From NCBI GenBank assembly GCA_022704185.1, contig JAKJGV010000007.1, positions 1-48,664 on the forward strand: 48,664 bases of DNA. Reading direction: 5' to 3'. The position numbers and the translations under genes are program-made. Shown piece after piece: positions 1-8,459 of this stretch. Every line of letters begins with the position of its first letter. The first letter of the stretch is position 1. Under the pieces are notes generated by a model. The model made no database searches, was not told the origin of the DNA, and saw only the letters and a program-made list of their open reading frames with translations. Source of the DNA: Verrucomicrobiota bacterium (GTDB taxonomy: Bacteria; Verrucomicrobiota; Kiritimatiellia; CAIQIC01; JAGNIJ01).

Positions 1-1652
1 GTGTCGCGGCGGTACACCGCCGCGATCACGACCGCCACCAGCAGGCCGTACAGCCAGAAGAACCAGCCCCAGCTCGTGATCGCGATCCCCCGGGGAGGCG
101 TCAGCAGGGTGTCGAGGTCGCGTTGCACGATGGCCGTGTAGTACGCGAGCGCGTCGGCGGCGGTCTTCTTGCCGAAGATGGCGTCCTCCATTGCCCAGAT
201 CTGCGCGTTCCAGAGCTTCTGGCCCACGGGGGTCACGGGCCGGTACCGGGAATCCTCCAGCAGGTCGTTGAACACGCGCATCGCCTGCTTGAACTTCGGC
301 TCCAGGCCCGGGTTGTTGAGGATGAAGTGCTCGTACACCCATTCGTTCTGTTCGCGGTTCGGGTACTGGCGCGGGATGAACGGGCGGCCCTGGCTGAGGT
401 AGGTGAAATGCTCCGAGGCCATCATGATTTCGAGCGCGCGGCGGCTGGAGAGAAAGCGGATCAGCTCCCACGCGCCGTCTTTCTGTTGCGACGTGGATGG
501 AATGGCGTAGGCCCAGCCGCCGACCCAGGAGATCGGGCGGCGGCCCTTGGCGAGCTCGCGCGCGGGCATGGGCGCCGGCGCGGCGCCGAGGTTCACGTCG
601 CGGCCGTAGAAGGCGAGGGCGGACATGATCCAGACCCCGTCGATCTTCATCGCGACCTTGCCCATGATGAACGGATCGAGTTCGCCGCCCTGGAAGGTGG
701 TCTGGAAGCCGTACACTTCCTTTGCGCCGCCGAGCTTCTCGTAGATGCGCGTCATGAAGTCGAGCGCGTACACGATGTTGGAATCGCCGAGCGTGCAGCG
801 CTGTCCGTCTCCGCTCATGAACTCGCCGCCCGCCTGCCAGCCGTAGAGATACAGCCAGGAGTTCCCGTAGTTGGGGATGAAACCGATGGTCCGGATGCGC
901 CCGCGCTCGTCGCGCTCGGTCATGCGGACGGCCATCTCTTCGAGTTCCTCCCAGGTGCGCGGCGGGCGGGCTTCGCCCTGCTCGTCCACGAAGCCGTGGC
1001 GGATCAGCATGTCCTTGTTGTACAGCAGCACCCGGTTGTCGGCGTTGTTGGGGATGCCGTACAGGCCCGATTCGCCGGTGAGCGGGTCGCGGTAGACGGC
1101 CTCCTCCCAGCAGGACGCGTAGTAGTCCTCTTCGCGCACGGGCTTGACGGCCGAGAGCGGGATCGCGCCGCGCGCGCGCGGGGGTTCGTCCATCGCGCCC
1201 GGCCATGGAGGGAGCGCGTTCGTCCGCCTGGCAAGCCAGCCGGCCCATGCTTCGAGGTCGCGGGCGACGTAGCCGTCGAGCTTCGTGAAGGCGCCGCGCG
1301 CGGCCCACTCGCTGATGGCGAACCGGTCGAAGAAGACGACATCGGGCGGCATGCCGCCGGCGAGGCTGACGAGGAATCGAGTGGGGTCTTCCGTTTGATT
1401 GCGCGAAGCGTTCTGGCCGGAGATCACGCGGTAGATGGGATACGAGGCATCGAGCCGGTGCTGCTCCTCGCTGAGGCGCTCGAATTCGCGGATCGCGTCT
1501 TCCATCGCGCCTTGGATCGGTCCGGCAGGTCCCATGAAGGTGATCTCGACCGCGCCGTCCGATTCCCGCCGCGTGGCGTGTTGCGGCGCGAGAAGCCACA
1601 ACACCGTCAGCAACAACGCGCCCCAGAAAGCCCCTTTGATCCATCCGCTCAT
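1..1652 (-). CDS. ABC transporter substrate-binding protein (extracellular solute-binding family 1), 3' end cut by window edge
   Basis: Absent from the ORF track because it runs off the window. Hand translation of the minus strand from ATG at 1652 gives MSGWIKGAFWGALLLTVLWLLAP (signal/anchor), then PPDVVFFDRFAISEWAARGAFTKLDGY, LLYNKDMLIRHGF, PRTWEELEEMA and GGWAYAIPSTSQQKDGAWELIRFLSS. The frame is open to position 1 and ends in a hydrophobic segment WGWFFWLYGLLVAVVIAAVY. The + ORF 123..1661 is its shadow frame. Confidence 0.75.
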   Translation of the reverse strand, partial: MSGWIKGAFWGALLLTVLWLLAPQHATRRESDGAVEITFMGPAGPIQGAMEDAIREFERLSEEQHRLDASYPIYRVISGQNASRNQTEDPTRFLVSLAGGMPPDVVFFDRFAISEWAARGAFTKLDGYVARDLEAWAGWLARRTNALPPWPGAMDEPPRARGAIPLSAVKPVREEDYYASCWEEAVYRDPLTGESGLYGIPNNADNRVLLYNKDMLIRHGFVDEQGEARPPRTWEELEEMAVRMTERDERGRIRTIGFIPNYGNSWLYLYGWQAGGEFMSGDGQRCTLGDSNIVYALDFMTRIYEKLGGAKEVYGFQTTFQGGELDPFIMGKVAMKIDGVWIMSALAFYGRDVNLGAAPAPMPARELAKGRRPISWVGGWAYAIPSTSQQKDGAWELIRFLSSRRALEIMMASEHFTYLSQGRPFIPRQYPNREQNEWVYEHFILNNPGLEPKFKQAMRVFNDLLEDSRYRPVTPVGQKLWNAQIWAMEDAIFGKKTAADALAYYTAIVQRDLDTLLTPPRGIAITSWGWFFWLYGLLVAVVIAAVYRRD

Positions 1653-1753
1653 TGCGTTTAGCGCTTTACCTGCGAGTTTGCCGCAGGAGATCGCCCGTGA
1701 CAATGTTTTCCGAATAGGGCAAAAGAGAACCGTCAACAACGGAGGAGACACTC

Positions 1754-2386
1754 ATGGCCTATTCGCTCAAGCCTTTGCCGTATGCGTACGCCGCGCTGGA
1801 ACCGCACATGGATGCGAAGACGGTGGAGATCCATCACGACAAGCACCACGCGGCGTATGTCGCGAACCTCAACAAGGCGTTGGAGAAGTATCCCGCGCTG
1901 CAGTCGAGAACCATCGAACAACTGGTCACGGATCTGCAGTCAGTGCCCGAGGACATCCGGACCGCCGTGCGGAACAACGGGGGCGGAACGCTGAATCACG
2001 ATCTGTACTGGGACCTGCTCTCGGGCAAGGGCGGCGGCAAACCGTCGGGCGCGCTGGCGGAAGCCATCGCGAAGAAGTTCGGCAGCTTCGAGGCGTTCCA
2101 GGAGAAGTTCTCCGCGACGGCCGCCGCGCAATTCGGCTCCGGTTGGGGCTGGTTGTGCGTCGGCGAAGACGGGCAGCTTTGCGGCTGCTGCTCCACGCCC
2201 GGTCACGACAGTCCGATCATGAAAGGCATCGCGAAGTGCCCTGGCACTCCGATCCTCGTAGTGGACGTGTGGGAGCACGCGTATTACCTCAAGTTCCAGA
2301 ACCGCCGCGCCGACTTCATCAAGACGTGGTGGAACCTGGTCAACTGGAAGAAGGTCGAAGAGTTGTACCTGGCCGCGGTGAAGTAA
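1754..2386 (+). CDS. sod: Fe/Mn superoxide dismutase
   Basis: [36 protein letters not shown] and [18 protein letters not shown] are canonical Fe/Mn-SOD motifs. GGAGGAG RBS lies upstream. Confidence 0.95.
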   Translation: MAYSLKPLPYAYAALEPHMDAKTVEIHHDKHHAAYVANLNKALEKYPALQSRTIEQLVTDLQSVPEDIRTAVRNNGGGTLNHDLYWDLLSGKGGGKPSGALAEAIAKKFGSFEAFQEKFSATAAAQFGSGWGWLCVGEDGQLCGCCSTPGHDSPIMKGIAKCPGTPILVVDVWEHAYYLKFQNRRADFIKTWWNLVNWKKVEELYLAAVK

Positions 2387-2414
2387 TGTCTCGACGGAGT
2401 CCTGCCCGCCGGCG

Positions 2415-4085
2415 CTACCTGCGCCTGAGCAGGCTCATGTTGCAGAATCTCAGGGGCAGGCTGCCGTCGTCGTTGCGGATGAGTTTCCCCTGCATGTCCA
2501 CGGACAGCATCGCGTGCGAGGGTATGAGGTTGAGATCCTCGAACCCGCCGGCCGCCAGTTCCTTCCCGGCCCGATGCATGAGGAGGTCGAATTCGCCCGG
2601 GCGGATCAGGCCGTCCTGCCGGGCTTGCGCGAGGTTGACGCCGCGGCAGTAGAACTGGTCCCGGGTGGCCAGGAGTTCGTCGAGCCCATTCCAGTATCCC
2701 CACACGATGATGTAGTTGTGTTCCGGCAGGAGGATGGGATCTCCTTCGGGGGTTTTCAGCTCCTCGTGTGACTCGTACCGGCTGCTGTCGTAGTGGTACG
2801 CCGTGGGGGCGGCTTCCTGTCCCGTCATGTAGATGGCGCGGGGATAGATGGCGGGAACGCCGCGCGCCGCGAGTTCGAGCGCAAAGGCCACTTCCTCGAA
2901 CGGGCTGTTGTAACCGTGTTCGAGGATGCGTTTTCCCGCGGGATCGGCGGCGTCCACGTCGGGCTGTTCGCCCACCCGCGACACCTTCCACACCAGGTGA
3001 ATATTGTCCTTCGTCTGCGTATGGTACGTTTCGTTCGTGGCGGAGAGCTTGGTCCTGGGCGTTCGTCGCCAGCGCTCCGGCAGAAAGTAGTCGAAAAGCT
3101 CGGGGTCGCGGCCCACCACCCAGAGCCAGCCCTGGGTGCTCTCCGAGTGGCCGTATACGTAATCCACCCCGAGCACGCGCGTGGGGCGCAGGTGTTCGGG
3201 GTAGACGATGTCGGGCGGAGACACGAACCGGTCTTTCTGGTGCTTGAGATAGGCCGCGCGGCGGACGGCGGCGACTTCTTTTTCCCGCTCGGGCGTTCGC
3301 TCGAGGAGCTCGAAGTCCACCAGCGCATAAGCGATTTCGCCGTTGTGCTCCTTCAGGAGGGTGCCGTCCTCCTGCGGGCGGACGATGAAATGTTCCGGCT
3401 TCATGTCGAGCACCCGGAACCCGGCGCGCGCGAGTTCCTCGGTGCCCCGCGTGGTCAGCTCCAGCATGGACTGCCGCCGGCTCTCCAGGTCGGGGCGCAT
3501 TTGCATGAACGCGTCCACGCAGGAGATGCCCTTGACCCATTCGTAGATCAGGATGTACTGGCGGTAGATGTCGAGTTCGACGTCGCGGAATTTCGCCTTC
3601 TTGCGCTCGATCTTCGTGAGCGAGCGGCCGGTCTGCCAGAGTTTCAGTTTCTGCGCCGGCACGTAGATCGCCAGCGGCCGGTGAGTCCGGATCGGGTGCG
3701 CGCCGGACCGATCGCGCATTTCCATGACGAGGGAGAACTCCTCGTACGGGCTGTTGAATTCGGCCTCGACGAATTTGCTGAACGTGAAGGTGTCGAACGG
3801 CACGGTTTCCCCGACGCGGCACCACTTCACGACGAGATCTTTGCAGACGCCCCCGATCTCGCGGGTCTTCACCCGGTACACCGTGCTGGTGCCCTCGAGC
3901 TTCTCGCGGTTCTGCTCGAACCAATCCTTCTCAAACCAGTTCTCGGGCTTCAGGTGTTCGGCGAAAGGGAGTCCGTACCGGGTGAGATACAGATCGCTGC
4001 CGTCGGCGGTTTCGACGCGGCTGTAGCGCACCCCGAGCAACGTCACCTCGGTGATCTCGTGCGATGTCGGCGCGGTACGGTTCAT
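2415..4085 (-). CDS. hypothetical protein with two tandem Kdo/RIO-like kinase-fold halves (second half degenerate)
   Basis: 556-aa ORF with coding-like composition. First half: LVVKWCR, ILIYEWVKG (hinge-like), RVLDMKPEHFIV (catalytic-loop-like), ALVDFELL (DFG-like). The [FY]NSP[FY]EE motif occurs in both halves. Second half has NYIIVWGYWNG and EDLNLIPSHAML but lacks a clear catalytic Asp-Lys pattern. Confidence 0.6.
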   Translation of the reverse strand: MNRTAPTSHEITEVTLLGVRYSRVETADGSDLYLTRYGLPFAEHLKPENWFEKDWFEQNREKLEGTSTVYRVKTREIGGVCKDLVVKWCRVGETVPFDTFTFSKFVEAEFNSPYEEFSLVMEMRDRSGAHPIRTHRPLAIYVPAQKLKLWQTGRSLTKIERKKAKFRDVELDIYRQYILIYEWVKGISCVDAFMQMRPDLESRRQSMLELTTRGTEELARAGFRVLDMKPEHFIVRPQEDGTLLKEHNGEIAYALVDFELLERTPEREKEVAAVRRAAYLKHQKDRFVSPPDIVYPEHLRPTRVLGVDYVYGHSESTQGWLWVVGRDPELFDYFLPERWRRTPRTKLSATNETYHTQTKDNIHLVWKVSRVGEQPDVDAADPAGKRILEHGYNSPFEEVAFALELAARGVPAIYPRAIYMTGQEAAPTAYHYDSSRYESHEELKTPEGDPILLPEHNYIIVWGYWNGLDELLATRDQFYCRGVNLAQARQDGLIRPGEFDLLMHRAGKELAAGGFEDLNLIPSHAMLSVDMQGKLIRNDDGSLPLRFCNMSLLRRR

Positions 4086-4213
4086 CCTGTGGCTACTCTA
4101 CAACACCTGTCCCCCGCCGACAGGTCAAAAGCGTGGGGCGGGTTTCGTTTGAAGGTTGACAACGGGGCGCGGACAAATGACAAAGGACTCCCAATCAGCA
4201 GGAGAGGTGCTGC

Positions 4214-5878
4214 ATGGCTAACGAATCATCGGCCCGGGAACACTGGAGCGGGGGGCTCGGCTTCATTCTCGCCGCGGCGGGATCCGCCATCGGCCTCGGC
4301 AATATCTGGAAGTTTCCCTATATCACCGGCGAGAACGGCGGCGGCGCGTTCGTGCTCGTGTACCTGCTCTGCATTACCGTCATCGGCGTGCCCGTGATGC
4401 TGTGCGAGATCACGCTGGGGCGGCACACGCAGCGCAATCCGGTCGGCGCGTTTCGGATGCTCAATCCCCCGGTCTCGCGTCTGGCGCACCTCATCGGACT
4501 CTGCATGGTGACGCTGGGCCTTGTTCTCCTCGCGTTCCGCGAATGGGGTTGGGGCGTTGCCACGCTGGGACTCGGCCTCGCCGTGTTCAAGTACGGCTGG
4601 GTGCTCGTCGGTGGCCTGGGCGTCGTCGCCGGCTTCTGCATCCTCTCGTTCTACAGCGTCGTGGCCGGTTGGACCGTCGGCTACACATGGAAAGCGATGG
4701 CCGGACAACTCAACTTCACCGACATACCCACGGCCGAGGCCGCGTTCGGCGCGTTCATCGTGGACCCGTGGTGGGCGATCGGGTGTCACGCGGTCTTCAT
4801 GCTGCTGTGCATCCTCATCGTTTATCGCGGCGTCCGCGCCGGCATCGAACGTTGGTCGAAGATCCTGATGCCCGTCCTCTTCGGCATATTGGTCGTTCTG
4901 ATCGTGCGCGGCCTGACGTTGCCCGGCGCGATGGCGGGCGTGCAATTCTACCTGAGCCCCGACTTCAGCAAGCTGACGACGAACTCGATCCTGATCGCGC
5001 TGGGCCACGCGTTCTTTTCGCTCAGCCTCGGCATGGGCGCGATCATGACCTACGGCAGCTACGTCGGGAAGAACCAGAACCTGTTCCTGTCCACGCTCTC
5101 GATCGTCGTGCTCGACACGCTGGTCGCGCTGATGGCCGGCCTCGCGATGTTCCCGGCGGTGTTCGCGAAGGGTTTCAACCCGGCCGTGGGGCCGGGGCTT
5201 GTCTTCCAGGTGTTGCCGACGGTTTTCGCGCACATCCCGTTCGGCGCGTTCTGGGCGACGATCTTCTTCATCCTCCTCCTCGTGGCCGCGCTGACATCCG
5301 GCATCAGCCTGCTGGAAGTGGTGACGGCCTACTTCGTGGACGAGCGGAAGTGGACGCGCCACCGCGCGACGGTCGTCTTCGGCATCGTGATCTTTCTGCT
5401 CGGGTCGCTCTGCGCGATCAGTGTGACGGGATGGGAGCGGCTGCCGCGCCTGCACGACGTGCTGGTGGCCACGTTCGGCTCGGTGAAGGGAAGCTTCTTC
5501 GACGTGATGGACAACCTCGCCTCCAACTGGATGCTGCCGCTGGGCGGCCTGTTCATCTCGTTGTTCGTCGGCTGGATCTGGGGGACGAAGCGCGCGGTGG
5601 ACGAAATCCGGCAGGGCTCGCACAACTTCGCGGACGTTCACCTCATCTCACTGCTCGCGGGCCTCAAGGACGATCCCGGCCACAACGATCCGCGCCACGT
5701 GATCACGCTCGCGTCGCTCTGGGGAATCTTCATCCGCTTCATCAGCCCCGTCGCCGTCCTTATCGCGTTTCTGAACACGATCGGGTGGCTGGACCTGACG
5801 AAGAAGAAGTCCGCGCCGCCGCCCCCGCCGCCGGCGATCGAGCAGGCGGAGCCTGCGCAGGAGTCGGTCGAGCCGTGA
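4214..5878 (+). CDS. sodium-dependent transporter, neurotransmitter:sodium symporter (NSS/SNF) family
   Basis: GFILAAAGSAIGLGNIWKFPYITGENGGGAFVLVYL is the NSS signature. Many TM segments. Pro-rich tail KKKSAPPPPPPAIEQ. AGGAGAGG RBS upstream. Confidence 0.9.
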   Translation: MANESSAREHWSGGLGFILAAAGSAIGLGNIWKFPYITGENGGGAFVLVYLLCITVIGVPVMLCEITLGRHTQRNPVGAFRMLNPPVSRLAHLIGLCMVTLGLVLLAFREWGWGVATLGLGLAVFKYGWVLVGGLGVVAGFCILSFYSVVAGWTVGYTWKAMAGQLNFTDIPTAEAAFGAFIVDPWWAIGCHAVFMLLCILIVYRGVRAGIERWSKILMPVLFGILVVLIVRGLTLPGAMAGVQFYLSPDFSKLTTNSILIALGHAFFSLSLGMGAIMTYGSYVGKNQNLFLSTLSIVVLDTLVALMAGLAMFPAVFAKGFNPAVGPGLVFQVLPTVFAHIPFGAFWATIFFILLLVAALTSGISLLEVVTAYFVDERKWTRHRATVVFGIVIFLLGSLCAISVTGWERLPRLHDVLVATFGSVKGSFFDVMDNLASNWMLPLGGLFISLFVGWIWGTKRAVDEIRQGSHNFADVHLISLLAGLKDDPGHNDPRHVITLASLWGIFIRFISPVAVLIAFLNTIGWLDLTKKKSAPPPPPPAIEQAEPAQESVEP

Positions 5879-5959
5879 TGCATGCGCGGGACGGAGCCCC
5901 GCGCCACTTTTCCAGACATTGGAAAAATCCGCGGCCGTTTTTCCAATGATTGGAAAAAC

Positions 5960-6598
5960 TCACGCGCGCGCGGGTTTGAGGCGCAGCCTCTTGCCGGTCC
6001 AGGCCAACTTCTTCTCCTGCGTGAGCTTGCGGATGAGCCGCGAGAAGGTCTCCGGCGTGACGCCGATCGCCGCGGCGATCTGCTTCTTCGAAATCGCGAC
6101 CTCTATCTCGTCCTTCGCGCCATACTGGTCGCGCAGGAAGCGGAAGAACCGTTCCTCGACGTCCGCGGTGGAGAGGTTCCGGATTTGGTCGGTGAGGTAG
6201 CGCTGCTTGCGCATCAGCATCGCGATGAAATCGTTCCGGAACCCCGCGTCGTCGAGCAGGCGGTGGAGGTCGCGCTTCAGGATCGCGAGGACGATCGCGT
6301 CGGTCAGCGCGACGGCGGCGACGGGATAGCGCGGCTCCTCGAAGAGGACGACCTCGGCGAACGTCTCGCCGGGGCGCACGACCTTGATGACGATCTCGCG
6401 CCCGTCGGGCGAGAGCTTGTGCAACTGGATCTGTCCCCGGGCGAGCAGGTAGAAGGCGGAGCCCGTCTCGCCCTCGCGGAACAGCACGGCGCGCTTCTTC
6501 AACTCGCGAACGGCGCAGACACCGGCGATCGCCTTGCGGTGGCCGGGCGACAGACCCACGAAGAAACTGGCGTGGCTGAGCAGGTGAATCGCGTTCAT
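5960..6598 (-). CDS. Crp/Fnr family transcriptional regulator (HcpR-like by context)
   Basis: Internal start MNAIHLLSHASFFVGL of the long ORF 5960..8500. cNMP-binding-like fold (RAVLFREGETGSAFYLLARGQIQL) and C-terminal HTH (ISKKQIAAAIGVTPETFSRLIRKL). No N-terminal Cys cluster. Divergent from hcp. Confidence 0.85.
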   Translation of the reverse strand: MNAIHLLSHASFFVGLSPGHRKAIAGVCAVRELKKRAVLFREGETGSAFYLLARGQIQLHKLSPDGREIVIKVVRPGETFAEVVLFEEPRYPVAAVALTDAIVLAILKRDLHRLLDDAGFRNDFIAMLMRKQRYLTDQIRNLSTADVEERFFRFLRDQYGAKDEIEVAISKKQIAAAIGVTPETFSRLIRKLTQEKKLAWTGKRLRLKPARA

Positions 6599-6625
6599 TG
6601 ATGCCGCGGACAATTTGCCCGTTTC

Positions 6626-6639
6626 TTGACGTAAATCAA
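6626..6639. promoter_or_regulatory. FNR/CRP-type palindrome TTGAC-GTAA-ATCAA upstream of hcp
   Basis: Matches 9 of 10 positions of the FNR consensus TTGAT-N4-ATCAA. The extended palindrome is CTTGA-N6-TCAAG. A TAACGT -10-like hexamer at 6662..6667 places the box centre about 41 nt upstream of a predicted start, which is class II geometry. Confidence 0.4.
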
Positions 6640-6730
6640 GTATTCCCCGGCAGCCATGAGGTAACGTGGCACAGGTTGAATGAAGCGGAAACAGGACTGA
6701 AACACACACAACAAACAGGGGACGAAGAAC

Positions 6731-8383
6731 ATGCTCTGCTATCAATGCGAACAAACGGCGAAGGGAACGGGTTGCACGGCGTTCGGGGTCTGCGGCAAGG
6801 ATCCCGACACGGCGGCCCTGCAGGATCTGCTGGTGCACGCGGCCAAGGGGATCGCGATGTACGCGCACCGCGCGCGGCCGCTGGGCGCGGCGGACCGCGC
6901 GGTGGATGTGTTCGTGGTCGAGGCGCTGTTCACCACGGTCACGAACGTCAACTTCGACCCGAAGCGGCTGCAGGGGCTCCTGCAGCGCGCCGCGGAGGTC
7001 CGCGACGCGGCGAAGAAGCTTTACGAGGACGCCTGTCGGAAAGCGGGGCAGACGCCGGAGCGGCTGAGCGCGCCCGCCGACTGGGTCCCGGCCGCGACGC
7101 TCGACGACCTGATCCGCCAGGGCGAGCAGGTGGGCATCGAACAGCGGATCACGGCGCTCGGCCCGGACGTGACGGGGCTGCAGGAAATGCTGGCCTACGG
7201 GCTCAAGGGCACGGCGGCTTACGCGGACCACGCGCTGATTCTCGGGGTCGAGGATCCCGAGGTCTTCGCGTTCTTCCACGAGGCGCTCGACAGCTTGACG
7301 AACCCGGCCCCGAAGGTCGACGGGCTGCTCGCCATGAACCTGAAGTGCGGCGAGGTGAACCTGAAGGTCATGGGCCTGCTCGACGCGGCGAACACGGGCT
7401 CCTACGGGCACCCCGTGCCGACGAAGGTCCGCATCACGCCGGTCAAAGGCAAGGCGATCCTGGTGTCCGGTCACGATCTGAAAGATCTGGAGCTCCTGCT
7501 GCGGCAAACCGAGGGCAAGGGGATCAACATCTATACGCACGGCGAGATGCTCCCCGCGCACGGCTATCCGGCGCTCAAGAAGTTCAAGCACCTCGTCGGC
7601 AACTACGGCGGCGCCTGGCAGGACCAGCGCTCGGAGTTCGACGACTTTCCCGGCGCGGTCCTGATGACGACCAACTGCATCCAGAAGCCGAAGGAAAGCT
7701 ACAAGGCGCGCATCTTCACCAGCGGACTCGTCGCGTGGCCGGGCGTGACGCACATCGCCGACGGCGACTTCACGCCGGTGATCGAAGCGGCGCTGGCGGC
7801 GGGAGGCTTCAAGGCGGATGAGCCGGAGAAGTCGATCCTGACCGGCTTCGGGCACAACGCGGTGCTCAGCCACGCGGGCACGGTGGTCGAGGCGGTGAAG
7901 ACCGGGAAGATAAAGCACTTCTTCCTGATCGGCGGATGCGACGGCGCGAAACCGGGCCGCGACTACTACACGAAGTTCGCGGAGGCGGTCCCGGACAATT
8001 GCGTCATCCTTACGCTGGCGTGCGGCAAGTACCGGTTCAACAAGCTCGACTTCGGCGAGGTGGCCGGCTTGCCGCGGCTGATGGATTGCGGGCAGTGCAA
8101 CGACGCGTACACAGCGATCCAGGTCGCCGGCGCGCTGGCCAAGGCGTTCAACTGCGGCGTGAACGACCTGCCGCTGTCGCTGATCCTGTCGTGGTACGAG
8201 CAGAAAGCGGTCTGCATCCTGCTTTCGCTCCTCTACCTTGGCATCCGGAACATCCGGCTTGGGCCGAGCCTGCCCGCGTTCCTGACGCCGGAACTGGCGA
8301 AGGTGCTGGTCGAGAAGTTCAACATCATGCCCCTCACGACCGTGGAGAAGGACCTTGCGGCCTGTCTGGGAGGAAATGGGTAA
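6731..8383 (+). CDS. hcp: hybrid cluster protein / hydroxylamine reductase
   Basis: MLCYQCEQTAKGTGCTAFGVCGK N-terminal Cys motif and full-length similarity to Hcp (550 aa). Confidence 0.95.
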   Translation: MLCYQCEQTAKGTGCTAFGVCGKDPDTAALQDLLVHAAKGIAMYAHRARPLGAADRAVDVFVVEALFTTVTNVNFDPKRLQGLLQRAAEVRDAAKKLYEDACRKAGQTPERLSAPADWVPAATLDDLIRQGEQVGIEQRITALGPDVTGLQEMLAYGLKGTAAYADHALILGVEDPEVFAFFHEALDSLTNPAPKVDGLLAMNLKCGEVNLKVMGLLDAANTGSYGHPVPTKVRITPVKGKAILVSGHDLKDLELLLRQTEGKGINIYTHGEMLPAHGYPALKKFKHLVGNYGGAWQDQRSEFDDFPGAVLMTTNCIQKPKESYKARIFTSGLVAWPGVTHIADGDFTPVIEAALAAGGFKADEPEKSILTGFGHNAVLSHAGTVVEAVKTGKIKHFFLIGGCDGAKPGRDYYTKFAEAVPDNCVILTLACGKYRFNKLDFGEVAGLPRLMDCGQCNDAYTAIQVAGALAKAFNCGVNDLPLSLILSWYEQKAVCILLSLLYLGIRNIRLGPSLPAFLTPELAKVLVEKFNIMPLTTVEKDLAACLGGNG

Positions 8384-8451
8384 TGGGGAATGGTTGATGG
8401 TTGGGCGGAGATGTTTCCATGAACCATTGGCCATAGAACCATCAACCATGG
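8372..8451. repeat. heptad-periodic inverted repeat (ATGG-phase variant) in hcp|ferredoxin spacer
   Basis: GGAAATG GGTAATG GGGAATG GTTGATG GTTGGGC, then CCATGAA CCATTGG CCATAGA ACCATCA ACCATGG. Perfect 13-bp inverted repeat ATGGTTGATGGTT (8390..8402) / AACCATCAACCAT (8437..8449). Confidence 0.8.
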
Positions 8452-8459
8452 AGTTGATC

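Noticed and set aside
123-1661. 512-aa plus-strand ORF and many other long ORFs in the track (e.g. 2284..3924 -, 2793..4397 +, the N-terminal part of 5960..8500 -, 8442..9986 -, 20567..23317 -, 26752..29535 +, 36665..39136 -)
   Set aside because: Arg/Ala/Gly/Pro-rich, low-complexity translations lying antisense or out of frame to genes with clear family motifs. These are typical shadow ORFs of GC-rich DNA.
5907-5958. dif (XerCD) site, considered because ftsK is in the window
   Set aside because: No resemblance to the 28-nt dif consensus with its ATAA...TTATG core. It is also 30 kb from ftsK, which is not expected to be linked anyway.
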